This document shows positions 53,189 through 64,000 of a stretch of 64,000 nt of DNA, piece after piece. Origin of the DNA: the human T2T-CHM13v2.0 reference genome, Homo sapiens; NCBI GenBank assembly GCA_009914755.4, contig CP068257.2, forward strand, positions 23,072,001-23,136,000. The letters run 5' to 3'. The notes beneath the pieces were generated by a model. That model had not been told where the DNA came from. It worked only from the letters and a program-made list of their open reading frames with translations, and made no database searches. Within the stretch, counting starts at the first letter, position 1, and every line of letters begins with the position of its first letter. The position numbers were made by a program, and so were the translations under genes.

Positions 53189-54409
53189 ACACCAGCAGGT
53201 TTTTGACTCATGGGCTAAATCAAATCCTCTCCGATATAAAATATAATAGAGAATAGGAATATGGTCACTACCATAATACTCTCATTTGGAAAATGGAAGA
53301 ATAAGAAACAAACATCCTCTTTTCTAAAGTAAATTAATACATACATGTGAAAAGTATCTGCTCTGCTACTCAAGAGATTTTCCTTGATGAATATTTATGG
53401 CAGTTCTGGGTTTCGCTCTCTTGAACGTTTTTCTCTGCTTAGAAACTTCTTGGCCACATCTGAGATTGGACTGAGAAAGAAAAATTATGTCCTTAAAACC
53501 TGCCTAACATTTACCCAAGTCATTGTAGTTTGTTGTTCATTTATTTAGGTAATAATACACTTGCTGCAAAACACACAGCAGGTTTTAAGTTTTCTTGCTT
53601 CTAATAAGTTTTGTGTGAAAATGATTAAACAAAGATTATATCTTTACATAGTTGGTTTGTTTTGTTGTCTGTTAATCTTTGAAATCTTGTTTGTTTTCTG
53701 GTGTTTACTGGCCACAGAACCTGCCATTTCTATCAATATAATGACAACTACTTTAAAGCAGGGCCTCAAAATGAGAGTTAGAGATGAGACACCACTTTGG
53801 AGGGATAGATTAGAAAAATAAACTTCGCTGGTGCTGCCGCGCTCCCCCAGGCATTAACTTAGCGAGTGGATAGTGCTTTTGTGAGAAGTAGATGCTCCTA
53901 TCTCTAGGCACAGCCAGCTTCAGTACATGTTGAATAAAGCTGAAGCAATGTTTCAGCCCTAGCCTGCTGCCTTCACTGGCAGCCTTTTAACAGTGTAGTT
54001 CGGCTGTGCAGACTGGACTTGCATTAAAGCATTCTGGTGCAATAAACCTGAGTGGTTAACGAATGTCCTTAATTTGATACTCGCAGTTGGACTGGCTTCC
54101 AAAGTCTAGCTGCAGAGGTAGAAAAAGCTTGAGGAAGAATGTTGGCTTCTGATCATGCTGCCTCTTTAGAAGCAAGCCAACTCTACGTAATAAAAGTTCT
54201 TCTCTGGTAGATCTTTACTAAGCGGAAAATATTTCGTGCTTTTTCAATTATTTCTGCTCAACAATCAAGCTATGTTGGTCTACCTTCCAGGGATCACTGG
54301 CGACATTTTTGCTATGACTTACCAAAGGTCATCAACTTCAGCAATAGTAGCTGTGAGTCCTTGTTCAGTCTTTTCCCTGTTCTGTTAGGGTAACACATTG
54401 TTTTGGGGT

Positions 54410-54726
54410 TTTTGGTTGTTGTTTTTGTTTGTTTGTTTTTTGCTTTGAGATGGAGCCTCACTCTTTTGCCCAGGCTCGAGTGCAGTGGCGCGATCTCGGC
54501 TCACTGCAACCTCTGACTCGCAGGTTCAAGCGATTCTCCTGCCTCAGCCTCCTGAGTAGCGGGGATTACAGGCATGCACCACCACAACTGGCTATTTTTG
54601 GCATTTTTAGTAGAGATGAGGTTTGGCCATGTTGGTCAGGCTGGTCTTGAACTCCTGGCCTCAAGCAATCCACCCACCTCGGCCTCCCCAAGTGCTGGGA
54701 TTACAGGCATGAGCCATCGAGCCCGA
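54410..54726 (-). mobile_element. Alu SINE (antisense) with (TTTTG)n-type tail
   Basis: 'ttgtttttgtttgtttgttttttgctttgagatggagcctcactcttttgcccaggctcgagtgcagtggcgcgatctcggctcactgcaacctctgactcgcaggttcaagcgattctcctgcctcagcctcctgagtagcggggattacaggcatgcaccaccacaactggctatttttggcatttttagtagagatgaggtttggccatgttggtcaggctggtcttgaactcctggcctcaagcaatccacccacctcggcctccccaagtgctgggattacaggcatgagccatcgagcccgac'. Confidence 0.92.
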
Positions 54727-57289
54727 CTGTTTTTGGTCTTTGTCCAGCATTTTCCTACATCTTTGTACCAAAATCCTTATGGTTAGAATGCAGGCTAAGC
54801 TGCTTGTATAAAGGACCACAAAACACAGTGACTTGAACAGTATATAAATTTGTTTCTTTTTTATGTGACAGTCACGTTAGGTGGACAAAGGCAAGCAGGA
54901 AAACTTAATGTTGTTAGAGAGGAAGATTATCTGTAGAATGGGTTGACAATCCACCGGGTTAAGGCTAACTCATCACACTATGTTGCAGTCTGTAACAGGG
55001 AAACGAAATGTGAAGATACAGCTTTTTCCTCCTTCCTAAAGACCCTTCCCAGAAGTTGCACACGTCTCTTCTGCTTCAATGCAAGACTAGAAATTATAGT
55101 CTGTAGTATGTAGTAAGAATATTAAAATATTCTTAGTAATAATAAAAATGGATAGATGTTGATGTAACCAACACCTTCTTTTAATAGAGTTTTGAATGTT
55201 TATTTTAAATATTTATAAGAATACAACTGAGGAAGCTAAAGGGTAGTTCATTTTTAAGTTATTTTATAGGTTATGTTGCCAGGTATTACATTAATAAAGC
55301 ATGTAACAAAGCACTAATGACACTTTTTCTTCAAAGTTATTTTCAAATAGAATTTTGAGGAAAAAGACCATTTTTCATTAAGCATGTAAAGACAAATATG
55401 TATAAACAATGAATGATATTCAACAAAATATTATGCAAAGACTTGAATAGAAATGAATGAGATGATCTGTTGGTAGTTGAGTATCTCTAGGCAACCTTCT
55501 TTTTATACCTCTCCTGCATCATGCCACCTTTTGTATCCCTCCATCAAAAGAAGCTGATTATCTGATTAATGTCCCATAAATTCGAAGTTGTTATTATAAA
55601 TGACCTGAAATCAGGCAAAAAATATATATAGAGACAAATTATATTAAACATACTAGCAATGAATTATCTTCTGCTATAGTTGAATGTAAGTTTAAGAAAA
55701 TATTAAAACATTCATAACAGAAAATAAATCTTTAATTCCTCTTGTTTCATAAAACACATTTTAAGTGCTTAAACTTATAATTAAGCATGTACTTTAGCCG
55801 CAGAGAAATATTACAACTACTTGATTATAAAAAAACAAAATTGTAGTTGTGTTGCACTTAAATTCTGAAGCTGATTATTTTTATCGGTTACAATCAGCAA
55901 ATAAGCTCAAAATGTTTTACAGGAGACTGCAGGTTAGTTTCTTCTTTGTCTAAATAAGAAATGTCTCAATGTCGAGGTCAACTTTTAAATACTTGACTAT
56001 TGGCACTCTCATGAGTCAAGTATGGAGTGAAAGAAGTGAACGGTATCGTTGGTCTGCATTGTGAATATTTAACAATACTTTTATTTCACATTTGATTGCT
56101 AATCATATTTTTAGGTTGAAAGTTCAGTTTTAACTCTTTAGCGTAACATAAATTAGGTGAGTTAATATAGATAGAAGATTTAGAGCAGTGTCTGATACAA
56201 AACATTAAATAAATATCAGCTTTTCTGTGTGTCTTATAAATGTTGCTCTATAAGTGTTTACGGAATATATTTAGAATATTTCATTTAATTTGTTTCTCAT
56301 AAAAAGACAGTATATCTGTAATTTTTTTCAATGAATTATTTTCAATATCAGTTTCAATTAGTAGCTTGATATTTGTCTTACAAAAACCCTTCTTGTTTAG
56401 TCAATTCAAAGAGTGAAGTCTACTTTATTACCACTCTACTTCAACTTTACTACTGGTGTCTTTTACTTTGCCTTACATACTTATGGAACCACACTAGTAA
56501 GTTGTGGGTAATTGCCTGCTTAAAATGTATAAATTAACTTTTCAAAAGTCATCTTTATTTGTGAAGTTCAGGCCAGCATAATCGTTAATTGCAAACTTTG
56601 AAGCCGATTGTCTCAGTTGGCCACTCCCTAACAGGTGAACAGTGCTTGTGTTTACAGGGTGTCTAGAGTAGAGTTAACTTACTAATTTTTCCATTTATAT
56701 CCAACATATGTCAACCATATGCTAATATAATTTCTATAATGGCTATTTTGGGAAAAGAAAATATATAATACAGAATATAAAACTGATTACTTACCAAAAT
56801 CTCATAATCATCATCACTTTAGAGAAGCGATTGGTTTTTGATTTCCAGTATGCACTCATCTATTACTAACCAAATTTCAGTGAGGACAATTCCAGGCACT
56901 GCCTTAATTTTTTTTAATTAAAATCCTCATTTTACTGGATACCGAAGAAAAGGAAATATGTTGATGTGTTTAGAAGCTTTAAACTAAAATACCTACTTAA
57001 ATGAGTATGTAGAAAAATGTTATAAAAGAGAGCATCTGACTTGAACTACTGCTTCAATCAATAATCAATTTCTGTAATTACTTTAAATCATTAAAACAAG
57101 GAAGAAAAGACACAAGCAACTGTATGTATTACACATTTCAAAGCAAGATGTTTAGTAACAGAAAATAACCTTGTAGTACTAAATTCAGATTGATAATTTT
57201 TGAAATGCATTTATGAAACTTACAAAATTTAAAATCTTTGTAAGAAAAATAACCATGTAATGAGTATTAAAATTATAGTCATGATATAA

Positions 57290-57629
<340 letters not shown>

Positions 57630-57641
57630 TGAAGGTGGAAA

Positions 57642-57780
57642 AATTACCTTTTGGGTACAATGTTCACTATTCAGGCGATGGGTACGCTAGAAGTCCAAAC
57701 CCCGATACTATCCAATATATCCATGTAACAAACCTGCACATGTTGCCCATGAATCTATGAAAATAAAAAATAAAAAAAAT
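57642..57780 (+). mobile_element. older L1 3'-terminal fragment (sense) with A-rich tail
   Basis: 'ttttgggtacaatgttcactattcaggcgatgggtacgctagaagtccaaaccccgatactatccaatatatccatgtaacaaacctgcacatgttgcccatgaatctatgaaaataaaaaataaaaaaaa' matches the old-L1 3' end. It may extend left of the Alu insertion. Confidence 0.6.
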
Positions 57781-60137
57781 CTAAGACTATTTTATGCTAT
57801 TCTTGTGTAGGAGGCAGAATAATAGTCCTAAAAAATACTCACTTCCTAATCCCCCAAAGTGTAAATATGTTACCTTACCTGGGATGAGGGACTTTGTAGA
57901 TGTGATTAAATTAAGGTTCTTGAATTGGTGAGATTGTCCTGGATTATTCCTGTGGGTTCAGTATAATCACAAGTGTCTTTACACATGTAAATGAGAGACG
58001 GGAGAGTCAGAGGAAGACATGTGAGCACCGAAACAGATTGCAGAGATGTGGCTGTGACCTGGGAGCCATGAGCCAAGGAGTGTCGTGCCTTTAAAAGCCG
58101 GAAAAGGCAATGACACAGATTCTCTCCTAGAGTCCCCAGAAGGAATGCAGCCCTGCGGACACCCACTTCAAGTCTAGTGAGACCCATTTTGGACTTTTAA
58201 CCTCCAGAAGTGTAAGATAATAAAGCTGTGTTGTTTTAAGCCAGGGAGTATATGGTAATTTGTTACAGAAGCATTAGGAATCTACGGTCTCTGACACATT
58301 TACAGAATTCAAGAAGCCTGAGGTCTAATTTAAGAAATACTATTAATCTTTTCTCTACTCATTTTCTTCAACTGCCAAGTGAGTATTGTAATGCCAGTCT
58401 TACATACCTCACATCATTATGTAAAGATAACATTAATGTTTAAAATAACGCATTACTTTTTCTATAGTTTAAATAGCTTGCTCCCATAACGCATTCACTC
58501 AACAAGTATTAATGGAGTTCCATCTAGATTCTCTCGACCCTGGGGATAAAGCACTGAACAAACATTCACAACAAACATTCACAACTTCCTGTGATTATGA
58601 AATATATATTCTAGTGGTAGGGAAGTGCATAAACAATAAATATGTAGTGTGTCAGATGATGATTAGTGCACTGGAGGAAAAGAAATGATAAAAAGACGTA
58701 GAAAATGGGGAGCTTTAATTTAAGCTGGAGTCATTCTGAAAAGTCTCAGTGATGGGGGAATTTGTGTAAAGACCTCAGTGAGGTGAGAGAGTGTGAGTCT
58801 CATGTATATTTAGGGGTAGGTGTTCCAGTCTCCTCAAAGGTCTTCTGACTGACATGTGTCTGAACTATGGGGAGGCTAATGTGTGTGGAAGGAAGTTACA
58901 GAGGGAGCCTCCCATGGCAGGAGATGAACGCAGAAGATAAGCAGGAGACTAATGGAGTTACAGGAGATAATTATGGGCTTCCTTTGTCTTTGTTAGGACT
59001 TCAGTTTTTACTCTGTGAGAGAATGGATGTCCTTGGGGTATTGAGCAGAAGAGTAACATGATTGGAAATAAGTTTTTAAAAGATGCTTTCTAGCTGGTAT
59101 GGTAAGAAATACCTGAGGTTGGGAGGAGACGAGGTAAAAGAAGATTGCAAAAATGCAGGTCATTGATCTTGACGGCTACGACCAAGGTGGTATTAGTAGA
59201 GGTAGTGAGATGTTGTTCAATTCTAAATATAATTTGGAGGTAGAGATTATGCAATTTGCTGATGCATTGGATGTAATATATCAAAGAAGAAAGGAGTCAA
59301 GGATGTTATCAAAGCTTCCAGACTGCACAGCTGAATTGAGGGTGTTTTCCCCAGCTCAGATGGGCAAGACTGAAGGAAGGATAGTTGGGAATGAGCAAGT
59401 GTTTTGTTTTGGATAAGTTAAGCATGAAATGCCTGTCAGCTATCCAGGTGTGGATGTTTTGATGGCATTTGCGTATGCCAGTCTGGGTTTCATGAATAGA
59501 GTCCAGGCTGGAAATAGAAATCCTCCTGCACAAATTATTGCACTTATTAATTACAACTTTGTCAGATTTTCTAAGTAAAATTTAAATGCAGTAGTATCTA
59601 TAATTTTTACAGCAATTTTATGTCCCACTATTTAAGAGGCTGGAGCCAATATTGCCATAATGTGATATTATGCAATGATACTCAGGTAAATAAACTCTCT
59701 GCAAAAAAAAAAAATAATATTAACCTATAATTATTTTTGAAAATCATTCATATTGGATTTTTCGAAAATGCATATTGATTTCAACATTCAGGTAAAGTGA
59801 AACAGAAAGTGAAAGACACTCAAGATATGAACTACTTACTTATTGTAATGAGGATGCTGATTTTGCATATTTTTATAATTAAACTATACAAATCATCTCA
59901 TTATTTAAATACAGATTCCTTCTTAAAATATGAAGTCCACTTTGTTTTATTTACATTATGTGAGGCTCATAAAACACTTTGGAAAACTACTTCTTGAGAC
60001 ACGGCATTAAAGACTAAGTGGCAAAGTAAATAAGGATTATATCCCTATAATTATTCTGGATATATTTTTTAAATCTATCAAAAAAGGGAGGAGGGTCATC
60101 ATTAATTTTTTTTAATTTGCTTTTAACATATATTGTC

Positions 60138-60898
60138 TTTTTTTATTATTATACTTTAAGTTCTAGGGTACATGTGCACAATGTGCAGATTTATTACATA
60201 TGTATACATGTGCCATGTTGGTGTGCTGCACCCATTAACTCATCATTTGAATTAGGTATATCTCCTAATGCTATCCCTCCCCCCTCCCCCCACCCCACGA
60301 CAGGCCCCGGTGTGTGATGTTCCCCTTCCTGTGTCCGAGTGTTCTCATTGTTCAATTCCCACCTATGAGTGAGAACATGCGGTGTTTGGTTTTTTTGTCC
60401 TTGCGATAGGTTGCTTAGAATGACGGTTTCCAAATTCATCCATGTCCCTACAAAGGACATGAACTCAGCCTTTTTTATGGCTGCATAGTATTCCATGGTG
60501 TATATGTGCCACATTTTCTTAATCCAGTCTATCATTGATGGACATTTGGGTTGGTTCCAAGTCTTTGCTATTGTGAATAGTGTCACAATAAGCATATGTG
60601 TGCATGTGTCTTTATAGCAGCATGATTTATAATCCTTTGGGTATATACCCAGTAATGGGATGGCTGAGTCAAATGGTATTTCTAGTGCTAGATCCCTGAG
60701 GAATCACCACACTGTCTTCCACAATGGTTGAACTAGTTTACAGTCCCACCAACAGTGTAAAAGTGTTCCTATTTCTCCACACCCTCTCCAGTACCTGTTG
60801 TTTCCTGACTTTTTAATGATCGCCATTCTAACTGGTGTGAGATGGTATCTCATTGTGGTTTTGATTTGCGTTTCTCTGATGGCCAGTGATGATGAGCT
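60138..60898 (-). mobile_element. young L1 (L1PA-like) 3' ~760 bp (ORF2 C-terminus and 3'UTR), antisense, 5' truncated; candidate 9-bp TSD
   Basis: 'ttttttattattatactttaagttctagggtacatgtgcacaatgtgcagatttattacatatgtatacatgtgccatgttggtgtgctgcacccattaactcatcatttgaattaggtatatctcctaatgctatccctccc...'. The 133-aa ORF at 60194-60595(-) reads '...MLIVTLFTIAKTWNQPKCPSMIDWIKKMWHIYTMEYYAAIKKAEFMSFVGTWMNLETVILSNLSQGQK', which is ORF2p. The segment ends '...gatggtatctcattgtggttttgatttgcgtttctctgatggccagtgatgatgagc'. 'tattgtctt' is present at 60129-60137 and at 60899-60907. Confidence 0.9.
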
Positions 60899-62389
60899 TA
60901 TTGTCTTACAAGAAGAAGAATGAATTTCAGTATGTTTCCTTTGTTACCATAGCTGCTATAATTCACAGAACAAAATTTAATGTGCAACCAAATAGAGAAA
61001 GTTTCAAAGAGAAAGAGAAGGCCTGTGGCCTATGGCCCAAAAGTCAAGCTTGAGAGAAAGCTACTGGAAAGTATTGGAGTGAAATACTGAGAGCCAAGCT
61101 ATAGATATTACCTCTTTAATCTTCTGTTGAAAATCTTCAGTAAAATCTATATTTTTCTCTAGTGATTTGTGGATTCCCTCTCTTTTTTTGGTGGGTGTTG
61201 GAGATGTCTTATTGGTGAAGGAGAAAGCAATGAAGTGTTAAGTCTTGCTTCATGGAGCAGAAATAGAGGCTGCTCTTGAAAGACGGGAGATACAAGATTT
61301 GTACTTGCGTAAGAGATAATAATAATAATAATATAATTAGGAACATTGCCATGTTGGAAGGTATAAATTGAGAATGAATAGAAAGGGAAATTAACCCTGG
61401 TTTCACATGTCATGTTAATTCTGGAGAAAATGATGTCTAAACTAGAGTTAGAATTAGTTTTGATGGAGTTCAGAAAAAGCTGAAGATGTGAAATGTTTCA
61501 GGAGAAAGCAATTACATGTGAAAAGACCTAGGGGCAAAAGTTAAAGTAGCAGGTCTAGGAGCCTAGAGTGAGATGGAAGAAGTAGGAACTAGATACCCCG
61601 GAGAGGCACTTAAGGATAGTGTTGTAAACAGCCTTGTCAGATTCATAAGGGAGTTGTTCTTTAGCCTGAGAGCAATGAAGAGCCCAGCGAAGCCGATACT
61701 TTAATTACAATTGTGCAAACTTTTGGCAACAAAATGGAGAATGAAGCAGACAGTCTGTGCTTTCATTAAGTTTAAGTTCCCTGGGTGCAAAAGGCATTGA
61801 ACTCTTAACCATACAGATAAAATAATAATGCAATGGCAGCCCCACCTCCTTTTGACAGATCTGAAGAATATGTCCTGAGTGACTATGGGGATACCAATCC
61901 TCATTTACCTTACAAGTTTGTCTTTAATGCAGAGTCTCAGCAAAGAAGTTTCAGAGAGATTAGATTACAACTCAAAAAGTAAGCTGTAATGCTCTGACAG
62001 ACAATGAATTGGAATAGCGATGCCTAGTTTCAGGAAGACAGAAGAGGACTACCATACTTTACTGAGCAATTACTGGTGGAATTTCCACATTTCTTAGTCT
62101 ACTTATATTGTTTAATCATAGTAAGTGCACATTTTTATTCCTTTATTAATCTACTTCACTAATATATTTAAGTACCTACTCATTAGTAGAAACTGAGCTA
62201 ACTGGAGAGAGAAAATAGTAAGCAAATTCAATCCATGCTTTCATGAAACAAACTCCCTTAGATGCAGATAAAAATTACTATTTTTTATCAATAACATGGA
62301 AAAAGTTATACTGCACTATATCTTTATGATATAAAAAAGAATAAAATGACCAATGAAAGCATAATAAAGCATAATTTCATCTATTCTTT

Positions 62390-62560
62390 TTTTAAAAAAA
62401 TGCAGGGTCTCACTCTGTAGCTCAGACTGGAATGTAGTGGAATGACCATAGCTGACTGCATCCTTCAACTTCTGGGTTGAAGTGATCCTCCCGCCTCAGC
62501 CTCCAGAATAGCTGAGACTGTAGGTGTGCACCACCACACCTGCTTCTAAATTTTTTTAAT
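62390..62560 (-). mobile_element. partial Alu, right-arm (FRAM-like) fragment, antisense
   Basis: 'tttttttaaaaaaatgcagggtctcactctgtagctcagactggaatgtagtggaatgaccatagctgactgcatccttcaacttctgggttgaagtgatcctcccgcctcagcctccagaatagctgagactgtaggtgtgcaccaccacacctgc'. Confidence 0.7.
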
Positions 62561-64000
62561 TTATGAAATTTTAAAAGTACCAAGAGATCTTTTATATCTC
62601 AGTAAGGCATAGCTCTGAGTGATAAAATATTAACATATCAATGGAAGTTCCTAACTTTCCAAATATAAGCCTTTTAACTCCAGATAACTGTTAGGTCACT
62701 TTTGATAAGGAAGTTGTCTGTTTTCTTATGTAAGTTCACAGTTTTTTTATTTTTTTTTACACTCTTTACTTTTATTTTTTTTAGCCTTTAACTCTCAGGG
62801 AAGCAATAGATATACTTTAACACAAACTATAACAATTGTTTATTTTTATACTACAGAAAATGGATAGATGCTATTCTGAATTGTTCTAGTTTGTCACTAT
62901 ATGTTAGATTTTAAAATGTTTCAACATTTTTTTCTAGTTATATTTAAACTTAGATTTTACACTAAAATTTTCAGATATGCTACTAAAATATCAAGAAAAC
63001 TATAATTAATGGAAATCTTCCATAGGCAGAGAGACATTAATGTTCACAAAATGTTTTTGGTCTCTATATTAGTCACTTTATTTGCAAGAGGGAATCAAAA
63101 AGAATGACCTCTGCACGTATATGTAGAAAAACTCTGACCAACAGTCTTTACTTAAATATGGCACCGAATCAGGAAGATGCTTTATTATAGCACCACTTCT
63201 CCTTCTCTAAAAGGAAATCAACAGAGAATGGAGGTTCTAAGAGAACATCCCTATCAGTCGGCTGTCCCTTCTTAAATATCAATGTAATATAATTAGAGTT
63301 TTTAATTATTATTCTTACATTAGTTTATTTTTAACTCAAATAATTAAATCACTCAAATCGCTGAATAGTGAATAATGATACACATTTATATTTAAGAGGG
63401 GATTCATTATCCCAAGATGATGCATTATTTTTAGTTTAAAAATAACTATTTAATTGTATGGAACAATCAGTTAAGTTTTGTCATTTTGGAGGATTCAGAA
63501 TTTGCATTATTTTCTGAACAGCAGACTGATAGGAATGTTCTCTTAGAACCTCTATTCTCTGTTGATTTTTTCTTTTGGAGAAGGGGGAAGAAGTGCTGTA
63601 ATAAAACACCTTCCTGATTCAGTGCGATATATAAATAAAGACCGTTGGTCAGAATTTTCCTACATGCATGTGCAGAGGCCAATCATTCTTCTAGGGTTTA
63701 AACAATGTTTGAAATACATATTATTGGGCCACAAAACAGGTACTCAATTATGCTGGATTTCAAATTTTTTCTATGTCCAGCAGGTAAAAGCAACTAATTA
63801 AAATTATTGAACCTAGTTCTACTGGAGTTAATTTTCATGGGGAAGCACAAAGTCAGAATCAAAAGACCAATTTCTTGCTGCTTCTCAGATAGCTGAATGA
63901 TCAACAGTAAACAAGTGGAATTTCTAAGATTTATGGTCCTGTATCTACCTCATTCATCTTGGCTCTTATTGTTTTTACTCATGCCTTCCTACATTTTTCT

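Noticed and set aside
53820-54400. CpG-rich unique segment considered as a NUMT or horizontally acquired DNA
   Set aside because: It does not resemble any stretch of human mtDNA I can recall, and it has no ORFs. It is better explained as a constrained or hypomethylated non-coding element, but a BLAST against mtDNA is needed to be sure.
60194-60595. 133-aa ORF (minus) and 114-aa ORF at 22136-22480 (plus)
   Set aside because: Both are the C-terminal end of L1 ORF2p ('FTIAKTWNQPKCP.MIDWIKKMWHIYTMEYYAAIK...') read through into the 3'UTR. They are retroelement remnants.

Overview
This 64 kb window is primate nuclear DNA, almost certainly human, from an AT-rich, gene-poor, L1/MaLR-rich region. It is not prokaryotic: there are no operons, no CRISPR array and no defence-island-like gene cluster. 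I support the following from the sequence:
- At least 14 Alu SINEs, several with intact poly-A tails and target-site duplications (TSDs).
- At least 8 L1 fragments. Two of them show the textbook 5'-inversion (twin-priming) architecture with flanking TSDs.
- About five copies of an old MaLR LTR family (MLT1-like) and one MIR.
- Many (GT)n/(CA)n/(GA)n/(CAAA)n microsatellites.
No convincing protein-coding exon is visible. Every long six-frame ORF is explained by L1 ORF2 remnants, by Alu or microsatellite sequence, or by chance.
The most unusual items are:
- An ~86-nt insert with a poly-A tail, flanked by a perfect 18-bp TSD, that looks like a retroposed snaR/ASR/CAS-family (Alu-derived, Pol III) small RNA.
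- Two independent L1 insertions of different ages whose inversion breakpoints fall within about 10 bp of the same ORF2 position.
- A locally triplicated ~150-bp segment.
- CpG-retaining unique patches that could be conserved or regulatory non-coding elements.
All coordinates are approximate (+/- a few bp). They were read by eye and are not alignment-derived.
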